From the IMG/VR virus record IMGVR_UViG_2740892209_000010: 34,107 nt of DNA; one strand, given 5' to 3'. Made by a program: the position numbers and the translations under genes. The notes under the pieces were generated by a model. The model worked only from the letters and a program-made list of their open reading frames with translations, did not search any database and had not been told where the DNA came from. This document shows positions 1 through 8,323 of the stretch, piece by piece. Source of the DNA: a virus. Taxonomy: Duplodnaviria > Heunggongvirae > Uroviricota > Caudoviricetes. Every line of letters begins with the position of its first letter. The stretch's first letter is position 1.

Positions 1-318
1 GTGAAAAAGATAGCTGCTATATCATTAATTAGTGTTTTTCTTATGTCTGGTTGTGCTGTGCATAATGATGAGACAAGTATCGGTAAATTTGGCCTTGCAT
101 ATAAAAGTAATATTCAGCGTAAACTCGATAACCAATACTACACCGAAGCCGAAGCTTCTTTAGCCAGGGGTAGAATATCTGGTGCAGAAAATATAGTAAA
201 AAATGATGCAGCTCATTTCTGTGTTACTCAGGGCAAAAAAATGCAGATAGTTGACCTGAAGACAGAAGGTGCAGGATTACATGGCGTCGCTCGTCTGACA
301 TTCAAATGTGGAGAGTGA
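1..318 (+). CDS. yegR: Small lipoprotein, host flank (YegR-like, 105 aa)
   Basis: ORF-track protein begins MKKIAAISLISVFLMSGCAVHN: signal peptide with lipobox L-M-S-G-C. Lies outside the prophage att repeat. Assignment to yegR is from recalled E. coli K-12 gene order (yegR - P2 remnant - yegQ), not from a search. Start codon is GTG at position 1, so the true start could lie upstream of the window. Confidence 0.55.
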   Translation: MKKIAAISLISVFLMSGCAVHNDETSIGKFGLAYKSNIQRKLDNQYYTEAEASLARGRISGAENIVKNDAAHFCVTQGKKMQIVDLKTEGAGLHGVARLTFKCGE

Positions 319-649
319 GAATAGATTCAAGACTACCATGCACATATTTATTTATTTTATCTGTGATGGGATATTCTTCAACACCATTATTGAATGTGAG
401 TAATAATGACAAACAGATAGATGAAACTAAAGCAGAATTTTTATTTTATGCAGCCATCAGAAAATGATGTCAAAAATATTCCAATGCTTTAGGTTCATTT
501 TTTGGTAAGCGTCAAACATGCGCGTTCTGGCTGTGCGTAGCCGGAACCTGTGGGAGCACGATGTCGATAAGTGAAAAGCATCGTGCTATGAAGGAGGATT
601 CTATCGATGTGGTCAATGGAAGACGGTGACCAGGGATAGGGCTTATGCA

Positions 650-677
650 TAAAAAATAAGCCCGTGTAAGGGAGATT
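650..677. repeat. attL core (left copy of 28-bp att direct repeat)
   Basis: taaaaaataagcccgtgtaagggagatt read directly at 650..677 and again at 32574..32601. Matches my recollection of the 27-bp P2 att core (aaaaaataagcccgtgtaagggagatt). Confidence 0.85.
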
Positions 678-756
678 TAGGGTGTCACCAGTAGGGGCTT
701 TCAACGGTACAATGCGGGTTTGAGCGGCATAAATTACCACTGAAAGCCCTTAAACG

Positions 757-1770
757 TTACTCTACTGTGGACACTGTGTGGACACTCTCGGCTTCAGTAC
801 CACCTCTTAGCGGATTAAGAGAAATGGCGTCCTGAAGGTACTCTGGCGCAAAATGAGCGTAAACCATAGTTTGCTCAATCCGCGTGTGACCTAGTATCCG
901 TTGTAGCGTGATAATACTTCCTCCATTAATCATGAAATGAGTGGCAAAGCTGTGCCTTAGTGCATGTGTGGCTTGCCCCGTTGGCAAATCCGGTTTTATT
1001 GCTTTCATTGTTCGTCTGAAGCGAGGGTAATCAGCATCAGGGAATAAAAAACCTCGTTTGTTATCCGCGATCATTTTGGCAACAGCCTCTGAGATCGGGA
1101 CGGTGCGTGGTTTGTTTGTTTTCGTTTTAACAAACGTGACGCGGTTATGGATGATATTTTCTGCTTTCAAACGAGCTGCTTCTCCCCAACGTGCTCCTGT
1201 ACTCAGGCAAAGAATCGCAATCTTTTTATTGTCGCCGTCAAGTGCTGCAAGCAGTAAGGCAATTTCTTCCTGTGTGAGATAGCCTGTTTCTGGTTTTTCC
1301 TCCTTAAGCCTCTTTGTCCCTCTGATAGGGTGCTCACCAAAGAATAACTCCGCTTCAATCAGGGCTGTAAACATGCCGCTAATACATGTTAAATCACGAT
1401 TGATACTCGAAGGTTTAATACCCTGACTTCTTCGGGTGGCGCAGTACTGGCTGATAAGGGATTTCGTGATTTGAAATGCGCATGGGTCATTCGTTATTTT
1501 TGTGAAGATTTCAATTTTTCCAAGATTAGATTTCCCATGCTCTTCGTGTTTACCCTTTAAATCCCACCAGATCTGTGTCAGTTCCGACAGACGTCGTTTG
1601 TCTGTTGGTTTTGATAGCCATTCTTTATTGTGGTGGTTGTACAACGTGTATTTTTCGAAAGCGACAGCTTCGCTTTTCTTATCAAACTTCCTACGGATGC
1701 GTTTTCCGTTACGTCCAGTAGGGCGGATGTCCACTTCATATCGACCATCATCGAGTTTTTTGATTGCCAT
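757..1770 (-). CDS. int: Tyrosine integrase (P2 Int family), 337 aa
   Basis: Minus-strand ORF adjacent to attL. C-terminal region HALRHSFATH...LGHTRIEQTMVYAHF carries tyrosine-recombinase R/H/R/Y-type motifs. 337 aa equals P2 Int length. Confidence 0.93.
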   Translation of the reverse strand: MAIKKLDDGRYEVDIRPTGRNGKRIRRKFDKKSEAVAFEKYTLYNHHNKEWLSKPTDKRRLSELTQIWWDLKGKHEEHGKSNLGKIEIFTKITNDPCAFQITKSLISQYCATRRSQGIKPSSINRDLTCISGMFTALIEAELFFGEHPIRGTKRLKEEKPETGYLTQEEIALLLAALDGDNKKIAILCLSTGARWGEAARLKAENIIHNRVTFVKTKTNKPRTVPISEAVAKMIADNKRGFLFPDADYPRFRRTMKAIKPDLPTGQATHALRHSFATHFMINGGSIITLQRILGHTRIEQTMVYAHFAPEYLQDAISLNPLRGGTEAESVHTVSTVE

Positions 1771-1885
1771 CAGAAAACCCTCCGAGTGGTACTTTTTTTT
1801 GCTACTACTAATCGCTTTTTTCGTGGTGGCTGAAATTTAGCCACCAATAGTAGGCACTTGTGATGAATATATTCACGATAAATTG

Positions 1886-2185
1886 TTAACCAGTCTTTTG
1901 ACCGGAGTGGGGCGACGTTGTTTCGTTTTGCCCAAAGTGTGCGAGAGCGGGCGCAATTTGCCCGGCTTCTGGAGCTACCTGATCAGTCATGAACCACAAA
2001 GTATATTTAGTAAATCTGGGATGTTGTAAGACCTTCATTATGGCTTCAACTCCAGCGTTTTTTGACCGGCTCTCATAGCTCGAAAGTGAGCTGTAGGCTA
2101 CACCAGTTAATTCACTGAATTCTTTACGGTTTAACCTTTCAGATTCACGGATTAGCTTCAACTTCTCCGAAACGTCTATTGACAT
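1886..2185 (-). CDS. C: Immunity repressor (P2 C-type), 99 aa from internal ATG
   Basis: ORF track gives 123 aa; the ATG at 2185 (minus) has a GGAG RBS upstream and yields 99 aa starting MSIDVSEKLKLIRESERL. Transcribed divergently from cox. C-terminal QIAPALAHFGQNETTSPHSGQKTG matches what I recall of P2 C. Confidence 0.75.
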   Translation of the reverse strand: MSIDVSEKLKLIRESERLNRKEFSELTGVAYSSLSSYESRSKNAGVEAIMKVLQHPRFTKYTLWFMTDQVAPEAGQIAPALAHFGQNETTSPHSGQKTG

Positions 2186-2306
2186 AATTACTCCGATTGC
2201 GTAATTTCTTGCTGATAGTGTGAAATGTTGCGCTTCTGGAGTTATCCTTTTAGGCAATAATTAGCCATTAGGAGCCATTAGAAGCACTAAGGGAGAATCG
2301 TAGCAG
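2186..2306. promoter_or_regulatory. Divergent early promoter/operator region between C and cox (Pc/Pe switch)
   Basis: 121-bp intergenic region between divergent repressor and cox genes. Contains a direct repeat agccattag at 2263..2271 and 2273..2281 that could be operator half-sites. Promoter function is inferred from the P2 paradigm; -35/-10 elements were not confidently located. Confidence 0.4.
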
Positions 2307-2582
2307 ATGAATAGACAGCTTGTAAGCGTGACTGATGCCGTGCCTTATCAGGAGTTTGCAAAACTCATTGGTAAAACTCCAAGAGCTGTAAGGGGCATGA
2401 TTGAGAAAGGGAAATTACCAGTTATTGAGATTACTGACCCTCAGTCAGTATCGGGGCGTGCTGGTGAATATTGGGTATACCTTCCGGCATGGAATAACGG
2501 ACTAAAACTGGCTTATGAAAGCCGTCCTAAAGAGATTCGTGACGGCTGGTTGATGTGGTTAGGTCTCGGTGAACCACGTTAA
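2307..2582 (+). CDS. cox: Cox (excisionase / directionality factor and Pc repressor), 91 aa
   Basis: 91 aa equals P2 Cox. First gene of the rightward early operon; AAGGGAG RBS at 2289..2295. Sequence MNRQLVSVTDAVPYQEFAKLIG...GEYWVYLPAWNNGLKLAYESRPKEIRDGWLMWLGLGEPR. Confidence 0.85.
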   Translation: MNRQLVSVTDAVPYQEFAKLIGKTPRAVRGMIEKGKLPVIEITDPQSVSGRAGEYWVYLPAWNNGLKLAYESRPKEIRDGWLMWLGLGEPR

Positions 2583-2592
2583 GGAGAACCGT

Positions 2593-2763
2593 ATGAATGA
2601 GCCTCGTTGTATTGCTCAGTTATTGCGTAACGAAAGCCCCAGGGCGATTGACTTCACCATCACCCACGGGAAGGGACGCAAGGGAATCATTATCCGCACC
2701 AAAAAACAGAGTCCGTTAAAGAAGGCTCTGACCTTTCTGAAAAGCCGGAGGGGCTGGAAATGA
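2593..2763 (+). CDS. Hypothetical early protein (P2 orf78 position), 56 aa
   Basis: ATG at 2593 preceded by AAGGAG (2581..2586). Small basic protein between cox and B. Confidence 0.5.
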   Translation: MNEPRCIAQLLRNESPRAIDFTITHGKGRKGIIIRTKKQSPLKKALTFLKSRRGWK

Positions 2764-3260
2764 CAGTGATGACGCTCAATCTCGTTGAAAAACAGCCAGC
2801 AACTATGCGCCGGATAATTGGTAAGCATCTTGCCGTTCCTCGCTGGCAGGAGACATGTGATTATTATAATCAGATGATGGAGCGCGAACGGCTAACAGTT
2901 TGCTTTCATGCGCAGTTAAAACAACGTCACGCAACGATGCGTTTTGAAGAAATGAACGACGTCGAACGTGAACGGCTGGTTTGTGCAATTGATGAATTGC
3001 GTGGGGCATTCTCAAAACGCCGTCAGGTCGGTGCAAGTGAGTATGCATATATTAGCTTTTTAACTGTCAGTCAGCGCCGCACTTTATTTATGCACGCACG
3101 ACTGACAGAAAAAGAATTTAACCAGCCATACTGGCGAATTAATGAAGAATCATGTTACTGGCGTGAAGCTTTATTCCGTGCATTACGTGAATTATTCAGT
3201 CTGTTTGAGTATGCACCGACAATTCTGACATCGGTAAAACCAGAGCAATATCTGCATTAA
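2760..3260 (+). CDS. B: Replication protein B (helicase-loader-like), 166 aa
   Basis: 166 aa equals P2 B; position between cox and A in the early operon; start overlaps the upstream stop (ATGA at 2760). Confidence 0.8.
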   Translation: MTVMTLNLVEKQPATMRRIIGKHLAVPRWQETCDYYNQMMERERLTVCFHAQLKQRHATMRFEEMNDVERERLVCAIDELRGAFSKRRQVGASEYAYISFLTVSQRRTLFMHARLTEKEFNQPYWRINEESCYWREALFRALRELFSLFEYAPTILTSVKPEQYLH

Positions 3261-3323
3261 GTAATTAACCAGAGTTTTTAACGCACTTAATTGTGCGGGG
3301 CTTCTTTTTGCCTGGAGAAAGTC

Positions 3324-3548
3324 ATGCATACAGTTTCTGAAAATCAGTGCGGTAAATACGCATTACTGCTGCAACAGGCCAGAACCGAAGCACAGGCCGA
3401 CGCAGCGACGCGCTTTTCTTCTCATCTTGACGCCATGATTCGCCATATCACAAAGGCGGAGTTATCCCGCGTGGAGATAGTCGAGCTGCTCAGTCAGGAG
3501 TCGGAAAAATTTCACAATATCGGATTGTCTCGCGGGGAGGTGCTTTGA
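3324..3548 (+). CDS. Hypothetical early protein (P2 orf80 position)
   Basis: ATG at 3324 with GGAGAAA RBS; stop overlaps the next start. Confidence 0.5.
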   Translation: MHTVSENQCGKYALLLQQARTEAQADAATRFSSHLDAMIRHITKAELSRVEIVELLSQESEKFHNIGLSRGEVL

Positions 3549-3850
3549 TGTCCTGTTCTCATTCAGTTGTATTACTGAACAATGCCTTAAAAATCGCCGT
3601 TATGAAAAATGGCGATTTGTCTCTTATTCAACTTGGTCTTGATAAAGAAAAACGCGAAATAACTGAATCTGTTATCGCGATTTATCAGAACGAATTAAAC
3701 CTCCTGTCTGATGTGGTCAATTTACTTGTTAAACGCGCTGTATTTCATAAGCAAATCTCCTCCGTGGATGAACTGACGAAATTAACGACAGAAATCGCCA
3801 GCTATTGCGCTGATGAATTTAAGAAGCTGAACGACAAAAGGAGCTGGTAA
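3548..3850 (+). CDS. Hypothetical early protein (P2 orf81 position)
   Basis: ATG at 3548 after a GGAGGTG RBS; translationally coupled with its neighbours. Confidence 0.5.
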   Translation: MSCSHSVVLLNNALKIAVMKNGDLSLIQLGLDKEKREITESVIAIYQNELNLLSDVVNLLVKRAVFHKQISSVDELTKLTTEIASYCADEFKKLNDKRSW

Positions 3851-4074
3851 TGCCGGACAACGTGGATTTTATTCAGGAACAGCAGGCTGAATTACTGGAG
3901 CGCCAGATTAACGCGGCAAGGGTAAAACATTGCGGTGCTTCTGCGCTGGTTTGTGAAGAGTGTGACGTGCCAATATCTGCTGCCCGTCGTGCGGCTTATC
4001 CGTCAGCCACGCGTTGTGTTTCCTGTCAGTCAGTCTTTGAAGCAAAAAACAAACATTACCGGAGAATGGCATGA
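3850..4074 (+). CDS. Small C4 zinc-finger protein (DksA/TraR-like; P2 orf82 position), 74 aa
   Basis: Two Cys pairs, CEECDVPI ... CVSCQ, spaced as in TraR/DksA-type zinc fingers. Confidence 0.6.
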   Translation: MPDNVDFIQEQQAELLERQINAARVKHCGASALVCEECDVPISAARRAAYPSATRCVSCQSVFEAKNKHYRRMA

Positions 4075-4346
4075 GCATTCGTATAGAAATTGGCGAACGT
4101 TATGTCGTTACCAGTGACAGCTTTCAGTTTATTCTCCATGAGAAAAAGAGAGCGGAAAGCGGTAAAAACGCCGGTCAGGAGTGGCTGGCGGTGGTTGGTT
4201 ATTACCCGAAATTAAGCCAGCTCGTTTCCGGCCTGATGCATCACGATATTCTGACCGGAAGCGCAAAGTCTTTTGCTGATTTAAACGCGCAGGTTGAGCA
4301 ACTCAGCAAGCGTTGTTCAGAGGCTTTTGGCTCATATGGCCATTAA
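4071..4346 (+). CDS. Hypothetical early protein (P2 orf83 position), 91 aa
   Basis: ORF overlaps the upstream stop and the start of A by a few nucleotides. Confidence 0.5.
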   Translation: MSIRIEIGERYVVTSDSFQFILHEKKRAESGKNAGQEWLAVVGYYPKLSQLVSGLMHHDILTGSAKSFADLNAQVEQLSKRCSEAFGSYGH

Positions 4347-6621
4347 AGCCTCCGGGCGTTTTGTCCCTCCGTCAGCATTTGCTGCAGGCACCGGTAAGAC
4401 GTTTACCGGTGCTTATGCATGGAGCGCGCCACGCGAGGCTGTCGGGCGCGAAAGACCCCTTACACGTGACGAGATGCGTCAGGTGCAAGGTGTTTTATCC
4501 ACGATTAACCGCCTGCCTTACTTTTTGCGTTCGCTGTTTACTTCACGCTATGACTACATCCGGCGCAATAAAAGCCCGGTGCACGGGTTTTATTTCCTCA
4601 CATCCACTTTTCAGCGCCGTTTATGGCCGCGCATTGAGCGTGTGAATCAGCGCCATGAAATGAACACCGACGCGTCGTTACTGTTTCTGGCAGAGCGTGA
4701 CCACTATGCGCGCCTGCCGGGAATGAATGACAAGGAGCTGAAAAAGTTTGCTGCCCGTATCTCATCGCAGCTTTTCATGATGTATGAGGAACTCAGCGAT
4801 GCCTGGGTGGATGCGCATGGCGAAAAAGAATCGCTGTTTACGGATGAGGCGCAGGCTCACCTCTATGGTCATGTTGCTGGCGCTGCACGTGCTTTCAATA
4901 TATCCCCTCTCTACTGGAAAAAATACCGTAAAGGGCAGATGACCACGAGGCAGGCATATTCTGCCATTGCCCGTCTGTTTAACGATGAGTGGTGGACTCA
5001 TCAGCTTAAAGGCCAGCGTATGCGCTGGCATGAGGCGTTACTGATTGCTGTCGGGGAGGTCAATAAAGACCGTTCTCCTTATGCCAGTAAACATGCCATT
5101 CGTGATGTGTGTGCACGCCGCCAGGCAAATCTGGAATTTCTTAAATCGTGTGATCTCGAAAACAGGGAAACCGGCGAGCGCATCGACCTTATCAGTAAGG
5201 TGATGGGCAGTATTTCTAATCCTGAAATTCGCCGGATGGAGCTGATGAACACCATTGCCGGTATTGAGCGTTACGCCGCAGCAGAGGGTGATGTGGGGAT
5301 GTTTATCACGCTGACCGCGCCGTCAAAGTATCACCCGACACGTCAGGTCAGAAAAGGCGAAAGTAAAACCGTCCAGCTAAATCACGGCTGGAACGATGAG
5401 GCATTTAATCCAAAGGATGCGCAGCGTTATCTCTGCCGTATCTGGAGCCTGATGCGCACGGCATTCAAGGATAATGATTTACAGGTCTACGGTTTGCGTG
5501 TCGTCGAGCCACACCACGACGGAACGCCGCACTGGCATATGATGCTTTTTTGTAATCCGCGCCAGCGTAACCAGATTATCGAAATCATGCGTCGCTATGC
5601 GCTCAAAGAGGATGGCGACGAAAGAGGAGCCGCGCGAAACCGTTTTCAGGCAAAACACCTTAATCGGGGCGGTGCTGCGGGGTATATCGCGAAATACATC
5701 TCAAAAAACATCGACGGCTATGCACTGGATGGTCAGCTCGATAACGATACCGGCAGACCTCTGAAAGATACTGCCGCGGCTGTTACTGCATGGGCGTCAA
5801 CGTGGCGCATCCCGCAATTTAAAACGGTTGGTCTGCCGACAATGGGGGCTTACCGTGAACTACGCAAATTGCCGCGCGGTGTCAGCATTGCTGATGAGTT
5901 TGACGAGCGCGTCGAGGCTGCACGCGCCGCCGCAGACAGTGGTGATTTTGCGTTGTATATCAGCGCGCAGGGTGGGGCAAATGTCCCGCGCGATTGTCAG
6001 ACTGTCAGGGTCGCCCGTAGCCCGTCGGATGACGTTAACGAGTACGAGGAAGAGGTCGAGAGAGTGGTCGGCATTTACGCGCCGCATCTCGGCGCGCGTC
6101 ATATTCATATCACCAGAACGACGGACTGGCGCATTGTGCCGAAAGCTCCGGTCGTTGAGCCTTTGACTTTAAAAAGCGGCATCGCCGCGCCTCGGAGTCC
6201 TGTCAATAACTGTGGAAAGCTCACCGGTGGTGATACTTCGTTACCGGCTCCCACACCTTCTGAGCACGCCGCAGCAGTGCTAAATCTGGTTGATGACGGT
6301 GTTATCGAATGGAATGACCCGGAGGTTGTGAGGACGCTCAGGGGGGCATTAAAACACGGCCTGAAAACACCAAATCGTCAGCAAAGAAACGGAAGCCCGT
6401 TAAAACCACATGAAATAGCACCGTCGGCCAGACTGACCCGGTCGGAACGATTGCAAATTACCCGTATCCGCGTTGACCTCGCTCAGAACGGTATCAGGCC
6501 GCAACGATGGGAGCTTGAGGCGCTGGCGCGTGGCGCGACAGTAAATTATGACGGGAAAAAATTCACGTATCCGGTCGCTGATGAGTGGTCGGGATTCTCA
6601 ACAGTAATGGAGTGGACATGA
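4336..6621 (+). CDS. A: Rolling-circle replication initiator endonuclease A (HUH superfamily), 761 aa
   Basis: In-frame ATG at 4336 gives 761 aa (P2 A length) beginning MAIKASGRF. HUH motif TPHWHMMLF and double-tyrosine motif AGYIAKYISK read directly from the translation. Confidence 0.9.
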   Translation: MAIKASGRFVPPSAFAAGTGKTFTGAYAWSAPREAVGRERPLTRDEMRQVQGVLSTINRLPYFLRSLFTSRYDYIRRNKSPVHGFYFLTSTFQRRLWPRIERVNQRHEMNTDASLLFLAERDHYARLPGMNDKELKKFAARISSQLFMMYEELSDAWVDAHGEKESLFTDEAQAHLYGHVAGAARAFNISPLYWKKYRKGQMTTRQAYSAIARLFNDEWWTHQLKGQRMRWHEALLIAVGEVNKDRSPYASKHAIRDVCARRQANLEFLKSCDLENRETGERIDLISKVMGSISNPEIRRMELMNTIAGIERYAAAEGDVGMFITLTAPSKYHPTRQVRKGESKTVQLNHGWNDEAFNPKDAQRYLCRIWSLMRTAFKDNDLQVYGLRVVEPHHDGTPHWHMMLFCNPRQRNQIIEIMRRYALKEDGDERGAARNRFQAKHLNRGGAAGYIAKYISKNIDGYALDGQLDNDTGRPLKDTAAAVTAWASTWRIPQFKTVGLPTMGAYRELRKLPRGVSIADEFDERVEAARAAADSGDFALYISAQGGANVPRDCQTVRVARSPSDDVNEYEEEVERVVGIYAPHLGARHIHITRTTDWRIVPKAPVVEPLTLKSGIAAPRSPVNNCGKLTGGDTSLPAPTPSEHAAAVLNLVDDGVIEWNDPEVVRTLRGALKHGLKTPNRQQRNGSPLKPHEIAPSARLTRSERLQITRIRVDLAQNGIRPQRWELEALARGATVNYDGKKFTYPVADEWSGFSTVMEWT

Positions 6622-7073
6622 TGGCAAAAATTCACGAGGTAAAGCTGCACGCAAAATATTTCGACCTTGTGCTGGAAGGAAAGAAACGCGCAGAGTTTCG
6701 GAAAAATGACCGTAATTATGAGCGCGGGGACACGTTGATTTTGCATGAATGGGGGCAGGGTGTGTATACGGGGCGAAAGGTTGAAGCCCGGATAACAGAT
6801 GTTACTGACCTGTCAGACTGGCTGGAAGATTATGTCTTGCTAAGTATTGAGCTGCTTAATACAGGCGCATATGAGATTGTGAACTGGAAAGAACTTAGTG
6901 AGCGTGGTCTGTTATTCAGAATTAATCATGAAATTATGCATAAGCTCGGCCTTGCTGTTATGTATGAACCAGAGACGGGAATGTCTGGCGGGGCAATGGT
7001 TGCCACGGATGGAGCATGGAACTATTCAGATGAACAGATGGAGCGTGCACAGCAAAACGGGTGGCTTGGATAA
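6618..7073 (+). CDS. ASCH/PUA-like (DUF3850-like) protein, P2 orf91 position
   Basis: ATGATG at 6618 overlaps the stop of A and has a GGAGTGG RBS. N-terminal MAKIHEVKLHAKYFDLVLEGKKRAEFRKNDR resembles the DUF3850/ASCH fold family (from memory). Confidence 0.6.
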   Translation: MMAKIHEVKLHAKYFDLVLEGKKRAEFRKNDRNYERGDTLILHEWGQGVYTGRKVEARITDVTDLSDWLEDYVLLSIELLNTGAYEIVNWKELSERGLLFRINHEIMHKLGLAVMYEPETGMSGGAMVATDGAWNYSDEQMERAQQNGWLG

Positions 7074-7279
7074 TGCACAGAATACCAGGCGAGATACCGC
7101 ACCATAAAACTAAAAATATCAAGCTGATGGCTATTGTTCAGCGTTTACAGCGGATTATGGTCAACGAAAATCTGACGCCCGATGAGCTAGTCGGGTGTGC
7201 CGAAATAGTCCGGGATAATTACGGGCGGTTTAACTATATCGGTCAGTCCAGAGTTGCGCCACCACCACGCAGACGATAG
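7073..7279 (+). CDS. Small hypothetical protein (68 aa), translationally coupled to the preceding gene
   Basis: TAATG stop-start overlap at 7071..7075; basic C-terminus; followed by an 11-bp perfect hairpin. No recognisable motif. An alternative start is at 7127. Confidence 0.3.
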   Translation: MHRIPGEIPHHKTKNIKLMAIVQRLQRIMVNENLTPDELVGCAEIVRDNYGRFNYIGQSRVAPPPRRR

Positions 7280-7289
7280 ATAACGCCGC

Positions 7290-7350
7290 CAGTCGTGAAA
7301 CTTGTTTTCAGGGCTGGCGGCGTTGAACAACGAGTGAAGCGAGGCGTTAG
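7290..7350 (+). repeat. Cassette leader repeat, copy A (~61 bp)
   Basis: Ungapped alignment by eye with 8262..8322 gives 46/61 identities (~75%). Shared blocks include tgaaacttg, ttggcgg, gttga and gttag. Confidence 0.6.
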
Positions 7351-7508
7351 TTGACATTCATATTTTTACTGCGTTGGTGCTGTTTTTTGACGGTTGAAAG
7401 GAGTTATCTCGGAGAGCTAAAGCTAACAACTTACAAATATTCAAAAGTAAGCTTCCTGTTGCTAACATAAGGTCGATTTTTTATGTGGATGATGCAAAAA
7501 GGATAGCT

Positions 7509-8240
7509 ATGGATACTATAATCGCTTTTCTATCACTCGCTTTTTTTGTTGCTTTTTTCATCGGGTTAATCAAGCCATCACTGGTGCGAATGCCAAGCCG
7601 CAAACGTGCAAGTGCGGTTTATCTCGGAGGAGGTTTTGTATTGAGCATAATTGGTTCAATACTCTATCCAACAGAAAAAAGCCAGCCAGTTGCTAAAACT
7701 GAAACATCAACCGTTGTAGAACACCAAGTCCAAAAAACATTCGAATATGGTGAAAAAACACTCAAGGAATATCGGAGCGAGCCAAAGAAAACTCGACACG
7801 ATATTGTGAATAGTTACATTGACTTTAAGAAAGTTCCAGTCACCGCATCAGATGCATTTTATGCCTGCATGAGTGAGTATACATTTACCAAAGATGATGA
7901 GTTGAAACTCGGTGATGTTCTTGGGTGGTGCTTTAATGATTATGAAAATGACCCGAGTTCACTAAATAATAAAATCAATCTTGATACATTTCAGAGTAAT
8001 TTTAGTGGTTGGGATGGTTCTTATCGTCCATTGGAAAAACTAATTAAAGATAATATGAACGATGATTCATCTTATAAACATGTATCAACGGTATATCATT
8101 TAGTTTTGAATAAAGACCCGCACGCCATTGTGAAAACGACGTTTCGCGGCACTAATGCTTATGGTGGCATGGTCAAACAGACTGTAGCAGCGCGAGTTGA
8201 CGTGCGAACGGGTGAGATCGATTCAATACTCGACAATTAA
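7509..8240 (+). CDS. Accessory cargo protein 1: predicted membrane protein with two N-terminal TM helices and a ~190-aa C-terminal domain of unknown function (243 aa)
   Basis: ATG at 7509 with AAGGA RBS at 7497..7501 (the ORF track starts at an upstream GTG, 7485). Hydrophobic stretches TIIAFLSLAFFVAFFIGLI and AVYLGGGFVLSIIGSILY. Strongly AT-rich relative to the phage backbone. Sits in the P2 tin/old position between replication genes and cos. Confidence 0.75.
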   Translation: MDTIIAFLSLAFFVAFFIGLIKPSLVRMPSRKRASAVYLGGGFVLSIIGSILYPTEKSQPVAKTETSTVVEHQVQKTFEYGEKTLKEYRSEPKKTRHDIVNSYIDFKKVPVTASDAFYACMSEYTFTKDDELKLGDVLGWCFNDYENDPSSLNNKINLDTFQSNFSGWDGSYRPLEKLIKDNMNDDSSYKHVSTVYHLVLNKDPHAIVKTTFRGTNAYGGMVKQTVAARVDVRTGEIDSILDN

Positions 8241-8261
8241 ATAATATAGTGACAACTCCGT

Positions 8262-8322
8262 CAGTGATGAAACTTGCTTTTAGTCTTGGCGGGGTTGAGC
8301 AATGAGTCTTGCAAGGTGTTAG
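8262..8322 (+). repeat. Cassette leader repeat, copy B (~61 bp)
   Basis: Homologous to 7290..7350 (~75% identity). Its 3' end supplies the AAGGTG RBS (8313..8318) for the gene starting at 8324. Confidence 0.6.
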
Positions 8323-8323
8323 C

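Noticed and set aside
495-740. 81-aa minus-strand ORF spanning the attL core
   Set aside because: It crosses the host/phage junction and the att repeat, has no RBS and overlaps the probable regulatory region; most likely a chance ORF.
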